A DNA stretch of 42,270 bases, from NCBI GenBank assembly GCA_963674595.2, contig CAXXFV010000028.1:1-42270 (forward strand), in the 5' to 3' direction. The notes below the pieces were generated by a model that made no database searches, was not told the origin of the DNA, and was given only the letters and a program-made list of their open reading frames with translations. The stretch comes from a bacterium (GTDB lineage: Bacteria; Zhuqueibacterota; Zhuqueibacteria; Residuimicrobiales; Krinioviventaceae). Shown in pieces: positions 28,212 to 39,548 of this stretch. The position numbers were made by a program, and so were the translations under genes. Position 1 is the first letter of the stretch. Every line of letters starts with the position of its first letter.

Positions 28212-31200
28212 TCAATGTTTGTTAATTGTGTTTTCATCCAGATCAGCCGGAAAAACTAAAGTAAAGGTTGTGCCGGTACCGACCTCACTGTCGACAAGAA
28301 TCTCACCTTTGTGATCTTGCATAATCTGGTAACAAATTGATAATCCCAACCCTGTTCCCACACCGACTCCTTTTGTTGTAAATCCGGGGTCAAAAATTTT
28401 CGAAAGGTGTTCGGGCGGAATGCCTTTGCCGTTATCCCGGATTTTTATATATACTTTATTCCCCAGGATAAAAGTAGTAATCTCAATTTCTCCTTTATCA
28501 GCTATCGCCTGTTTGGCGTTAACGAGCAGGTTGAGTATCACCTGGTTTAAGCGGCCCGGAAAACAGGAAATCTGCGGCAGGGGTCCATAATTGGTTTTTA
28601 CTTTAATATGATGTTTAATTTCGTGATGGATAATTGTTAAAGTATCTTCTATTCCTTCATTAATATCTGCTTTTTTCAGTTCAGCTTCATCCAGCCGGGC
28701 AAAGCTTCTGAGTCTTTTTACAATGTTGGTTACCCGTTCCGTACCGGACTTTATGACTCTGTTGGCATCATCAATGATATTAAAAGATGTCTGCATGGTT
28801 TTATTGTTAAAAAACTCGGCATTCTGGCTCATGATTTCATTCTTGATCTTTTCGATTGCTTTGATGGAGGTTTGCTGCATACTGTTAACGGCCCCAACCG
28901 GTGTATTGATTTCATGAGCAATCCCGGCTACCAGCATACCCAGCGCTGCCATTTTTTCGGATTGTACCAGCTTTGTGTGAGTGTCATGAAGTTCCTTGTT
29001 GGCGGCTTCCAGATTTTCAACCATGTTTTTCATGTCGGTAATGTCATGACCAATACCGATATTGTCTATAATTTCACCTTCATTATTAACGATGGAGGTC
29101 GTATGTGAAATAAACCATCTCCATGAGCCGTCTTTATGTTTTATACGATAATCAAATTCTTTATCTTTTTTACTAATAGGTTGTGTAAAGTGCTTGTTAA
29201 TTTTGCTTTGATCAATTGGATAGATTAAATCGGTAAATTTTTTCCCAATAAATTCAGCAACTTCATATCCTGTTGATGCTTTAAACTGCGGCGATAAATA
29301 TGTAAACTCACCTTTTGAATTAACCGAATAGATAATATCATGGGCGTTTTCGACAAGTGAACGGAATCTTTCTTCACTTAATTTTAAAGCATCTTCCGCT
29401 TTTCTTTTAACAAGAAAACTGCCGATCATATCTGCTGCTGTTCTTAATAATAAAATATCATCCGGCAGCCATGTTGCATCACTTTCCATATAATCAAATC
29501 CGATATAACCATACCATTGATCTGATATCCATATTGGTATAATTAACATCGATTTTATACCCTGGGTCTGCAAAACTTTTTTTTCAATTTCCGGGAAATC
29601 GGAAATATCACCGGCTATCGGTTCGTTTTTTTGTAGTTTTTCTATCCATCTGTTAAAATGTGGTCCATAGGGACGGTGTTCAAGTTCTTCAGTCCCTAAA
29701 AGTGATGGTAACGATTTTCCATGGGCTTCATATTTCAAACGCATGTGCAGCGTTTCGTCCATAAAATTTTCAAAAATATAAGCCCTGTCTGTTTGTGCCG
29801 CCTTGCGAAGTTCTTTTAACGCTGTGGATATTGCCGTATCGGTATCATCTATATTCAGCAACGCTCTGGAACAGGTTGCAAGGCCTTCTTCATATTTTAA
29901 TTTTTTTGCAAGATTTTTTTCAGCCAGTGTACGTTCTTTAATTTCACCTTTTAAAGAATCGTTTACAGTTGCTAATTCATGAGTTCGTTCCTGTACCCGT
30001 TTTTCCAACAGCTCTTTTGCTTTTTCCAGAGCTGCCTGTGCTCTTTTTTGTTCCGTAATATCGCGAACAATTGCCAGGGTTTCATCCGTACCGCTGATTA
30101 CAATTCTGGCTTCATAATCATAGAGATTATTATTTATCGTTAACTGGAATTCAAAAATCTGGGTTTCACCGAGTCTTAATGTCCTTCGGATAGCTTTAAG
30201 CGCTTTTTTTGAAATATGTTCCGGCAGAATTGCAAAGATACTTTTGTTAATGACCATTTCAGCGGAAATTGAAAAGTTATTATCCTTAGGTACATGATAA
30301 TCTATTATTTCTCCTTTTTTATTAATACGAAACATCACATCGGGAATGGCATTTAATATCGCTTTTTTCTGTGTTTCGCTTTTACGGAGCGCATTTTCTG
30401 TTTGCATCCGCTCAATTATTTCTTCCTTTAATGCCTCGTTCAAATCTGCCAGATCCTGGGTTCGTTCTTTTACCCTAATTTCCAGTTCGTCATGGGCCCT
30501 TTTCAGTTTTTCTTCTGCTTCTTTGCGGGACGTGTTATCTCTGCCGATACCGACAAATTTTTCAATTTCGTCGTTTTCATTTTTTAAAGGAAATAATGAA
30601 AGGTCAATATATAAGGTCTTATTGTTTTCTGTTTTTAGTTCAAATTCATGGCGGATACGGGTTTGTTTTGGTTTGTTTTTGAAAAAATTGTCAATTCCAT
30701 CAGAATTGATTAGCTTGTAAACAGGGTATTCTGCTATATCTTTGTCTGACATACCGCTGTATTTTTTATGGGTTGGATTCCGTTCGATTATATAGCCGTC
30801 TTTATTTAAAACGACAATAGAGTCGTTCGAGTTTAAGAATATTTCTCTGTATAGTCTTAAACTTTCTTCCAGTTTTTTACGAACGGTGATATCGATGCCT
30901 GTGGCTACAATAAATTCAACATTTCCATCCGCATCATACAAAGCCGTATTTGACCATGTAATAAGACGGGGGAGTCCCTCGTTATCAATAAGAGCACTCT
31001 CTGAAATATATGGTGTTTGATTTGGAGAAAGACCTTGAAACAATGTTTTTAACTCATCACATTGTTCTGCAACACAAAATAAATCCCAGGGTTTTTTGCC
31101 GATCACTTTTGATGGTTTTTTACCAGTGAGGTTTTGACAGGCGCGGTTGAATCGAATGATGTTTGAATGAGAATCCAGTACCATAATGAGCGCACCGGAT

Positions 31201-32783
31201 GTTTCCAGAATAGCATCTATAAAATTTCGCTCTTTTTTTAGTGCTTGTTCTGCTTTGCGGCGGATGCTGATATCATAAAATGCATTGATCCATACTGTAT
31301 TTCCGTCTATTTCTGTTTTAACTATAGAGTTTAATACCCAGTGTTTTTCACCCGTAAGGGATTCTATTTCCAATTCATAATTTAAAACTTGTTCGTTATG
31401 TGTTAATTGTTCTTTAATAGAATGATAGTCATGTGATTTTGCATAAAAATTTTGAATGTCCTGCCCAATTAAATTTTCCGGATTATTATTTAATAGAGTA
31501 GACATGGGTTTGTTGACAAACAAAATTTTACCATCTATTTCCCGGTTAATGACATAAGGTATTGGAGAAACTTTAACGATTGCCCGTAACTGTTCGTTTG
31601 CTTCTTTTATTCTGGTAACATCAAAAAATGACCATAAGAATCCGGCGGTGTTATTATCTTTTTTTATGGGCATACAAAAAACCGACACAAATTTTTCTAT
31701 CGATTTTTTTGTTTTTAAAACCCGGGTATATAATTTATCAAAATCGATGTCTTTTTCACTAAATTCATCAGGTTGTTGTTTTAATTCCTGGATGATATTT
31801 ATAAATTGATCTTTATCCTGAAAGATATTTGCAACGTTATCGATTAAATTGGAAAATGGTGTTTGTAATACCTTATTTTTATCGATCTGGAACAGTTCTA
31901 CTGCCTTTTGATTTGCGGCTGTGATTTTATCGTCCGGCCTTACTAAAAGAAGCGCTGAACCGGACAAATCAAATATCGTTAGTAATTCGTCTTTACCTTC
32001 GGACAATTCCTGATTAGCCAACTGTAGTTTTTTATTTGATTTTTTCAGATCATGGATCAATTCGTCGTTATGGTGTTGTTCCTCATTTTCTGTTGCAACC
32101 CCAATGATTTCAGATATTTTTTCATTATCTAAAATATATTTCAGTTTAACTAAAAAATCTTTTATTTTTTCATCTTTGGTAACCAGACGAACATTCAATT
32201 GCGGGACCTTCCGGATTTGTTGAAAAAATACCGTGTCATCCGGATGAATTATGTCTGAGAATGAACGGCCTGTGAGTTCGTCAGGAGTGTAACCCAAAAC
32301 AGATTTAATTGAATTACTGATATTTTTTATTTTTAAAGATTGGTCCAGTGTAAACAAAATATCTGATGAACCGCCTGTTAAAAGCGCTATTGTTTGTAAA
32401 GATTTTTCCAGCTTTTGTTCCAGTATTTTCCTGTCGCTAAATTGTTTAATCGTTGCGACGAGTTGCCCGGTATTAACCGGTTTGACTAAAAAGTGGTCAG
32501 CGCTATTTATGGCAGACTGAGTGGAGAGGTCAGATGTTTCGTCGGGTATTAACAGGATTATTATCGTGTTTGGGGAATGTTTTTTTATTTCTTTCAGTTC
32601 ATTCGTGATTGATTTATTCAATCCAAAAAGAACAATATCTGCTTTTGATGACACAAATTCATTAAAAGCGGTCTGCCAATCCGGGAAAGAAAGAACGTTC
32701 ACATTATGTTTCTCAAGTTCGCCGGACACGTGTTCGCGTTGTGATTTTTCTTTTTCTATGTAAAAAAGGATCATTTTAGTCAT
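28212..32783 (-). CDS. Large cytoplasmic sensor histidine kinase (pseudo-REC, ~7 PAS, GAF, HisKA-HATPase)
   Basis: Repeated PAS/PAC ends, S-helices (RVKERTQDL, RVQERTHEL), GAF (IPIWISDQWYGYIGFD), AGIAHEINTP, GTGLGL. Confidence 0.92.
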   Translation of the reverse strand: MTKMILFYIEKEKSQREHVSGELEKHNVNVLSFPDWQTAFNEFVSSKADIVLFGLNKSITNELKEIKKHSPNTIIILLIPDETSDLSTQSAINSADHFLVKPVNTGQLVATIKQFSDRKILEQKLEKSLQTIALLTGGSSDILFTLDQSLKIKNISNSIKSVLGYTPDELTGRSFSDIIHPDDTVFFQQIRKVPQLNVRLVTKDEKIKDFLVKLKYILDNEKISEIIGVATENEEQHHNDELIHDLKKSNKKLQLANQELSEGKDELLTIFDLSGSALLLVRPDDKITAANQKAVELFQIDKNKVLQTPFSNLIDNVANIFQDKDQFINIIQELKQQPDEFSEKDIDFDKLYTRVLKTKKSIEKFVSVFCMPIKKDNNTAGFLWSFFDVTRIKEANEQLRAIVKVSPIPYVINREIDGKILFVNKPMSTLLNNNPENLIGQDIQNFYAKSHDYHSIKEQLTHNEQVLNYELEIESLTGEKHWVLNSIVKTEIDGNTVWINAFYDISIRRKAEQALKKERNFIDAILETSGALIMVLDSHSNIIRFNRACQNLTGKKPSKVIGKKPWDLFCVAEQCDELKTLFQGLSPNQTPYISESALIDNEGLPRLITWSNTALYDADGNVEFIVATGIDITVRKKLEESLRLYREIFLNSNDSIVVLNKDGYIIERNPTHKKYSGMSDKDIAEYPVYKLINSDGIDNFFKNKPKQTRIRHEFELKTENNKTLYIDLSLFPLKNENDEIEKFVGIGRDNTSRKEAEEKLKRAHDELEIRVKERTQDLADLNEALKEEIIERMQTENALRKSETQKKAILNAIPDVMFRINKKGEIIDYHVPKDNNFSISAEMVINKSIFAILPEHISKKALKAIRRTLRLGETQIFEFQLTINNNLYDYEARIVISGTDETLAIVRDITEQKRAQAALEKAKELLEKRVQERTHELATVNDSLKGEIKERTLAEKNLAKKLKYEEGLATCSRALLNIDDTDTAISTALKELRKAAQTDRAYIFENFMDETLHMRLKYEAHGKSLPSLLGTEELEHRPYGPHFNRWIEKLQKNEPIAGDISDFPEIEKKVLQTQGIKSMLIIPIWISDQWYGYIGFDYMESDATWLPDDILLLRTAADMIGSFLVKRKAEDALKLSEERFRSLVENAHDIIYSVNSKGEFTYLSPQFKASTGYEVAEFIGKKFTDLIYPIDQSKINKHFTQPISKKDKEFDYRIKHKDGSWRWFISHTTSIVNNEGEIIDNIGIGHDITDMKNMVENLEAANKELHDTHTKLVQSEKMAALGMLVAGIAHEINTPVGAVNSMQQTSIKAIEKIKNEIMSQNAEFFNNKTMQTSFNIIDDANRVIKSGTERVTNIVKRLRSFARLDEAELKKADINEGIEDTLTIIHHEIKHHIKVKTNYGPLPQISCFPGRLNQVILNLLVNAKQAIADKGEIEITTFILGNKVYIKIRDNGKGIPPEHLSKIFDPGFTTKGVGVGTGLGLSICYQIMQDHKGEILVDSEVGTGTTFTLVFPADLDENTINKH

Positions 32784-32798
32784 TATTGCTTTTGTATG

Positions 32799-33650
32799 TT
32801 AATCAGTTAAATTATATTTTTCACATAAAGAACGGATAAATTTAATACCTTCCTTTACCAGCGTGTCGCCGTCCGGCGCCAACTGCCGCCAAACCCAGGT
32901 ATTAATATTGTCGGTAATGTCGACAAAAGATTCCATCGCTGCATAGCCCTTGTAATTTATTTCCGATAATGCTTTAAAAATACCTTCCCAATCCACATGT
33001 CCGGTTCCGGGTATTCCACGATCACATTCGCACAGATGGTAATGAATAAGGTCTTTACCGGCCAGTTTTGTTGCATCATAGAAACTTTTTTCTTCTACAT
33101 TCATGTGATAAGTGTCGAGATGGATTTTGATATTATCTTTACCAATCATTTCTTTGAGTCTCTTTGCTTGTTCACATGTATTAATAAGATAGGTTTCGTA
33201 CCTGTTAACAGGTTCTATGCCGATATTAATATTAAATTGTTCCGCATATTCTGCAACAGCGTGCAAAGCTTCGGCAGAATGTTCCCAGTGATCTATTGTC
33301 GGCCGCTCTGAAATCGCCTTTACATGTTGAGAATAGATAACACCTGAAAAACTGTCGGCGCCGATCTCTGCCGTTGCCCGTACGCAGTCTTTTAAATACT
33401 CGGTGCCTTTTTGTCTGGTGCTTTTATCTGTGCTTGTTATATCTGTTTCACTAAAAAGAACGGTTGAGGTAACAGCATGCAATTCATTTTTTTTCAACCT
33501 GGAATCAATGGATTTTGTGTCAAATTCTTCAAGGACCATCAGGGGGAGTTCAATAAAGTCGAGACCTAATTCTTTGGTGCGGTCAATAAGATCAAGGGTT
33601 TCGTTGCTCCATTTGGAGCACCAGGCATATGCATGAATTCCAAATTTCAT
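32799..33650 (-). CDS. D-tagatose/D-psicose 3-epimerase-family sugar isomerase
   Basis: IEPVNRYETYLINT, HLDTYHMNVEE, HYHLCECDRGIPGTGHVDW, MESF, VWRQL. Confidence 0.88.
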   Translation of the reverse strand: MKFGIHAYAWCSKWSNETLDLIDRTKELGLDFIELPLMVLEEFDTKSIDSRLKKNELHAVTSTVLFSETDITSTDKSTRQKGTEYLKDCVRATAEIGADSFSGVIYSQHVKAISERPTIDHWEHSAEALHAVAEYAEQFNINIGIEPVNRYETYLINTCEQAKRLKEMIGKDNIKIHLDTYHMNVEEKSFYDATKLAGKDLIHYHLCECDRGIPGTGHVDWEGIFKALSEINYKGYAAMESFVDITDNINTWVWRQLAPDGDTLVKEGIKFIRSLCEKYNLTD

Positions 33651-33762
33651 ATCAACTCCTTTTAAAAAACAAAAAATATATTAATAAATTGGATTAGCAA
33701 CAATGGGGAAATTTTTTTGTAACAGTTTAAAAACAACAAGTTAAATTATACAATTCGTTAGG

Positions 33763-34149
33763 TCAAATACTATTTTTTTCTTTTTCAGAAATGGCTTCTC
33801 GGATTGCTTTATAGAGCGCTTCATCTATTGTTGGTTTTGTTAAAACTTGAATAGGATTTGTTTTAATGAGACGTTTGTCTGTTGCAAGATGGCTGTTACC
33901 CGTGATATATATTATCGGTATATCTCTTTTTGCTTTAATTTGAGTTGCAGCTTCGATACCATCAATATTTCCGCGTAAAACTATATCCATTAAAATCAGG
34001 TCTGGTATTATTTCATTTGCAAGCTCAACAGCTTTTTCTCCGGATGAAGCGAGATATACACTTTCATACCCTTTTGTTAAAAGTTTCATTTTGAGCTCTA
34101 AAGCAATGATTGATTCATCTTCAACTACGAGAATTTTTATATTTTTCAT
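33763..34149 (-). CDS. Single-domain response regulator receiver
   Basis: ILVVEDE, PDLILMDI, IYITG, LTKP; same receiver subtype as the N-terminus of 13566. Confidence 0.9.
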   Translation of the reverse strand: MKNIKILVVEDESIIALELKMKLLTKGYESVYLASSGEKAVELANEIIPDLILMDIVLRGNIDGIEAATQIKAKRDIPIIYITGNSHLATDKRLIKTNPIQVLTKPTIDEALYKAIREAISEKEKNSI

Positions 34150-34506
34150 TAGTACTGATTCTCCTATAGAGTACGAGTCTTCAGAACGTAAAGTAAATAA
34201 ACAATACCTAATTATGCAACATATTTTTAAAAGAAAATCATTAATAATTTATTTAAAAGTGATAGACAAGCTGACCAGGGACAAGACAAGTTAATAATAA
34301 TTTTTATAAAAGTTTATATTAAAAAAATATTATTTTAATTAGACCTTGATTTGTTGGTCAAAAATTTTATATTACTTTTAGCGGTTTTATGAGAATAAAA
34401 TATTGTTTAATCAATTTTTATAGGAGGTCTCATTAAAACAAAATCAACATCCGGGGAAAAATCTCAAGTTCCTCCATATCCGATTCTAAGCAAGTTAAGC
34501 AGATGG

Positions 34507-34977
34507 GTGAAATTCAGACTGTTGGTGAAATATCTTGAACCGGGTTCTTCCGTACTGGAAGTCGGCTCTGGTTCCGGGTGGTTTGCAGAACGACTTTTAA
34601 AAAAAGGTTATAAAGTAACGACAATAGATATTAGCGATTCTACGGCTGATATAGTTGGTGATATTAAAAGTTGGAAGTTGGTTGGCATTGCAGAACATTC
34701 ATTTGATGCCATTGTAGCTCTTGAGCTGATAGAGCATGTTGATTGCCTTGATGATTTGACACATATTTGTAAAATAGATGGATTGATATTTTTATCCTCA
34801 CCACATCCTAAATGGGACCGGCTTCTTTATATGTTGGAGAAAATAAATCTTTTGCAGCCACGAACTTCCGAACATATAAACCTGACTGATTTTAAAAACA
34901 TACGACTACCAGCCATTGCCAGAAAAAGACCTATGGGGGTTCATCAGGTTGGGCTGTTTCGAAACAGTCCTGTATAA
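34507..34977 (+). CDS. Class I SAM-dependent methyltransferase (true start may be upstream, e.g. 34432)
   Basis: VLEVGSGSG, FDAIVALELIEHV, LSSP. Confidence 0.8.
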   Translation: MKFRLLVKYLEPGSSVLEVGSGSGWFAERLLKKGYKVTTIDISDSTADIVGDIKSWKLVGIAEHSFDAIVALELIEHVDCLDDLTHICKIDGLIFLSSPHPKWDRLLYMLEKINLLQPRTSEHINLTDFKNIRLPAIARKRPMGVHQVGLFRNSPV

Positions 34978-35143
34978 ATTTTGCGCAAATATTCTGATTT
35001 TAAAAATACAGCACTTTTAATACAAAGCTACTGATTTGATGGCGGATATTAAATTCATCATAAATTAGAATATTTTTTCAGTTTTGCAATGTATTGTCGA
35101 TTAGACAGTAAATAGCAAATTTTAGTTTTTAGGGTGAGGAAAA

Positions 35144-36721
35144 ATGGTCAGAAGTAAACGAGCTGTTATTATCGGTGCCGGTCCGGCTGGACTTACGGCT
35201 GCATACGAACTTGTTACCAGAACAGATATAAAACCTGTTATTTATGAAATGTCATCTGACATCGGGGGATTATCGAAAACAGTTGTGTACAAAGGCTATC
35301 GTATGGATATTGGGGGGCATCGTTTTTTTTCCAAGTCCGACAAGATTATGCAATGGTGGCACAATATTTTACCTCTTCAGGGTAAACCAGCCATTGATGA
35401 TATTCTGCTCAAGCGAAATGTGCCATTGTCTACGGATGAGAATGCACCTGATCCGGAAAAACAGGATAATGTTTTATTAATTCGGAACCGCCTCTCAAGG
35501 ATATTATTTTTAAGAAAGCTTTATGATTATCCCATTTCTTTAAAAGGCAGTACCTTTAAAAATCTGGGATTTAAAAATATTGTTAAAATTGGTTTCAGTT
35601 ATATTCATTCGCGAATTTTTCCCATTAAAACAGAGCGTTCTCTTGAGGATTTTTTAATAAACCGGTTTGGACGGGAATTATATCTGATTTTTTTTAAAGC
35701 ATATACTGAAAAAGTGTGGGGTGTTCCTTGTGATAAAATAAAACCTGAATGGGGAAGTCAGCGTATAAAAGGATTATCAATAACCAAAGCAGTAAATCAT
35801 GCTTTGAAAAAAGTATTTAAAAATGATAGATCAATCTCTCAGAAACATACGGAAACGTCTTTGATAGAACAGTTCGGATATCCGAAATATGGCCCGGGAC
35901 AGTTATGGGAAGCTGTTGCAGACCAAATTGTTAAAAGGGGAGGGGAAATACATCGGGAAACTTGCGTCCATGGAATAAATCTTTCCGATAATCAGATTAA
36001 AAGTGTTATTGTTAAAAATGTCAGGACAAATGCGACAGGGGAGGAGTATTGTGATTATCTCTTTTCTTGCATGCCGGTTAAATATTTAATTTCGTCCATT
36101 TCGTCGGATGTGCCGGAAAATGTGTGTCGTGTAGCGGATGGTTTGTTGTACAGAGATTTTATGACTGTCGGCCTTTTGCTGGAAAAAATGAAAATTAAAA
36201 ACGACACCAAAATTCCTTCGTTAAATAATTTTATACCTGATAACTGGATATATATCCAGGAACGGGACGTAAAACTCGGGCGGCTTCAAATTTATAATAA
36301 CTGGAGTCCCTATATGCTGGAAGACAATAACAAGATATGGCTGGGCCTGGAATATTTTTGTAATAAGGGAGATGAACTGTGGAGCATGCCGGATGATGTT
36401 TTTAAAAAATTTGCTGTTTCCGAGTTGTGCAAAATAGGATTTATTGATAAAGAGGATGTGCTGGATTCAACTCTTATTAGAATGCCAAAAACCTATCCCG
36501 CTTATTTCGGCACCTATGATGAGTTTGACGTGATTAAAAATTATACAAACAAAATAGAAAATCTGTTTTTAATCGGTCGAAACGGCATGCACAAATACAA
36601 CAATGCGGATCATGCCATGCTGACGGCCATAACGGCTGTGGATAATATTATTGCTGGAAAAACATCCAAAGAAAATATCTGGCAGGTGAATACGGAAACG
36701 GAATATCACGAAGAAAAATAA
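35144..36721 (+). CDS. NAD(P)/FAD-dependent oxidoreductase (HemY-like/UDP-galactopyranose-mutase-like)
   Basis: [45 protein letters not shown]. Confidence 0.85.
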   Translation: MVRSKRAVIIGAGPAGLTAAYELVTRTDIKPVIYEMSSDIGGLSKTVVYKGYRMDIGGHRFFSKSDKIMQWWHNILPLQGKPAIDDILLKRNVPLSTDENAPDPEKQDNVLLIRNRLSRILFLRKLYDYPISLKGSTFKNLGFKNIVKIGFSYIHSRIFPIKTERSLEDFLINRFGRELYLIFFKAYTEKVWGVPCDKIKPEWGSQRIKGLSITKAVNHALKKVFKNDRSISQKHTETSLIEQFGYPKYGPGQLWEAVADQIVKRGGEIHRETCVHGINLSDNQIKSVIVKNVRTNATGEEYCDYLFSCMPVKYLISSISSDVPENVCRVADGLLYRDFMTVGLLLEKMKIKNDTKIPSLNNFIPDNWIYIQERDVKLGRLQIYNNWSPYMLEDNNKIWLGLEYFCNKGDELWSMPDDVFKKFAVSELCKIGFIDKEDVLDSTLIRMPKTYPAYFGTYDEFDVIKNYTNKIENLFLIGRNGMHKYNNADHAMLTAITAVDNIIAGKTSKENIWQVNTETEYHEEK

Positions 36722-36737
36722 AATCTTTTTTTTATAA

Positions 36738-36773
36738 AACAAGACCGGCCCATTGTTATGAGCCGGTCTTGTT
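36738..36773. terminator. Bidirectional terminator hairpin
   Basis: AACAAGACCGGC...GCCGGTCTTGTT 12-bp stem between convergent genes. Confidence 0.8.
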
Positions 36774-36778
36774 ATTTA

Positions 36779-38312
36779 TTATTTGGTCAAGCTGTTAAAC
36801 GGGGATGCCGGTAAGCCTTCCGTATTTATCAGGTTTGGTTCGGCTGTTTCGTGCCAGCCAAACCGTACCGCAACAGGCGATTTAACTTGATCGCTCCAAA
36901 CTTCAACCTGATTCCCTTTATTAAATGCTCGGGCCTGGACAAAAATATTGTCACTGCCGGCAATTTCAAACCAGTCCAATGGTTTGCCGTCACTGCTTTG
37001 TAAACCATTGTCAGCATATTTGAAATTCACCAGAATTCTATCATCTTTAATTTCGATGGATTCATAAAGCGGTCCTGAAAAAACAATGTCTTTTTGACCA
37101 TAGGTTTTTGCCAATGCCCAAAGCGCCAGTCTGCGAGAGGTTTCTTGCTTGTTTTGTGGATGGATGTTATAAATGTTGCCAATGTCTGTCGTTACAATCA
37201 TGCCGGTATTGGGTATTTGCAAAGCCTTGCGCTGTGCTTCCCGAACAATTGGTAATCTCATTTCACCTTCGGCATCCGTGCCCATGGTAGAATAGCTGTA
37301 GGGCGCTAATTGAACATAATAAAACGGGGAAACTGCCCTGGTCCCACACTTTGCGCCAGCCGTTGATTAATGCCATCATCATTTCATAATACAGCATGCC
37401 GTCATTGCGGTTGCTTTCACCCTGATACCAGATGGCGCCCTGGAAGGTATAGGGAACAATTCCGTGCACCATACCGTTATAGAGGCTTGTCGGTTTTTGA
37501 TGATATGCCAGCGGATGTTCGGCCAGTTTCGGCATATCCGGCATATCCGATTTTTTGTTAAAAGCTTCCCGGGCCTCTTTTGTCCACTTTTCCAATTCTG
37601 TTAAAGATTTTCCCAACTCTGCATTGTAAACCGAATCGGATTGTTCAATTTCAGTGACAATATCCGCCAGTTCAGGAATGCCATTAAATCCAACAGGCGG
37701 CGTCCAGGGTTCGATCCTTGTGCCGCCCCAGGCTGTTTCAATAAGCCCGACAGGAACGTCAAGTTTCTGGTTTAAATTTTTTCCGAAAAAATAGGCAACG
37801 GAAGAAAAATTGATAACGGTTGAGGAATTACATTCCTCCCATTCTGCGTCAACATCTTTTTGAGCATGAGCGGCCGCTTTTTTGGGAATGTGAAATAACC
37901 GGATGTTTGGATTATTGGCCTGCAATATTTCCTGAACGTTGTTATCAATGGTGCGCATCGACCATTCCATATTTGACTGTCCGGAACAGATCCACACTTC
38001 ACCGACAAGCACATTGGTCAATTCAATAGTATTGTTTCCTTTAATTTCCATTTTAAACGGGCCGCCTGCTTTCATGGCCGGCATGGTGATGTTCCATTTT
38101 CCATTATCATCGGTTTTGGTTTTTTCTTTGTTGTTATTGATTTCAATAGAAACGGATTCACCCGGTTCTGCCCAGCCCCATAATTGTATCGGTTTGTTTT
38201 GCTGCAGGACCATATTATTGCCGATAACGGAGGGCAGCGTTACATCGCCAAAAACAATATTGCTTTGAATGAAAAACAAGAAACAAACAAACAATTTTAA
38301 AAGTACTTTCAT
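36779..38312 (-). CDS. Sialate O-acetylesterase (SASA), apparent +1 frameshift at ~37326-37329
   Basis: GEVWICSGQSNM, AWGGT, WYQGESN, IHPQNK, GLPASPF; removing one C restores FPFYYVQLAP. Confidence 0.88.
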
Positions 38313-38333
38313 GATTTCTCTCTCCTGCTATTA

Positions 38334-39528
38334 TTAAGAATGTTGATTTATTTGTTCTAAAAGTTTCCAGGCTGTTAATTGCATTCTCGGTATGTGAAAA
38401 GGCCCCTTCCACATATTGCCTTTTATGGGTGTTGAAATTGAGCCGTCACGATGCAAATAGCCATACCATTCACCATAGACAGGATCAGGAAAGTGCCGGT
38501 ATGTCCATGAGTTTATCAATTCATGCCATTGCAAATATTTATATTCTTTTGTCAGCTTGTAGGCATATAAAGATGCAATAATTGCTTCGTTGTGTGGCCA
38601 CCAGAATTTCATGTCGTGCCAGTATTCTGTTGCCGGCAAATTTTTGGCATCGCGGAAATAGAATATGCCGCCGTGCTCCGGGTCCCAGCCGCGCTGAAAT
38701 GACCAGTTTATAATTTGACATCCCAGTTTTGTTAATTCCGGGTCGTTGTTTCGAATGGCGGATTCAGCCAGAATAAACCAACCGGCTTCTATAGAGTGGC
38801 CGGGATTGATCATTCTGCCGTCGAAATTGTCATAAAATTCTCCGTTTGGGCCGACAGATTCCAAAAGGCATTTAAACTCTGGTTTGTAAAAATCCGTTTT
38901 GATTTCATTGATGGATTCATTAATAATTTCTGTACAAATTTTGTCATCAACAGCCTTGCGTAGTTCCTGTGCTGTTACTGTTAGTATCATCGGCATAGCC
39001 AACCCCTTCAAGGGGCGTACATCCGGATCGGTTTTAGGTTCGCACAATCCTGGTGTTTTGTAATATTTGAGGACCATTTTAAACAAGTCCAGCGCTTTTT
39101 GGGCATACTCTGGTTTTTTAGCGGCCCTGGCATAGGCGGCAAATGCAATAATGGCAAATGTTTCAGAAAAAAGATATCTTCTTTTTCTTAGCGGCCGGCC
39201 GTCATGTGTTACGGAAAAAAACATTCTGCCGTCATTGTCAAAACAGTGTTTTTCCAGAAAATCAATACCCAGTTTGGCGGCATCCAGGTATTCATCTTTT
39301 GCATCAGCTTCAATAAACAGAGTTGATAATAACCAGGAAAAACGTCCCTGGAACCAGACGGATTTGTCCGAATGCAGCAGTGTGCCGTCCCCGGTCAAAC
39401 GAGGTGAAATATCCACCATGCTCTTTATCCAACGCCCTGGGAAGCCAAAAGGGAATTGTGTCGTCTAGCAGACCATTCTTGTATTGTAACAGATAGTCGT
39501 TCAGTTTATTGTTGGTTTCCGGTTGCAT
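38334..39528 (-). CDS. N-acylglucosamine 2-epimerase (AGE family), apparent +1 frameshift at ~39389-39392
   Basis: IPFW, DKEHGGY, DKSVWFQGR, NPGHSIEAGWF, KFWWPHNE, KGPFHIPR; removing one G restores DRDGT. Confidence 0.9.
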
Positions 39529-39548
39529 TAATTTACTCCTGAATAGCG

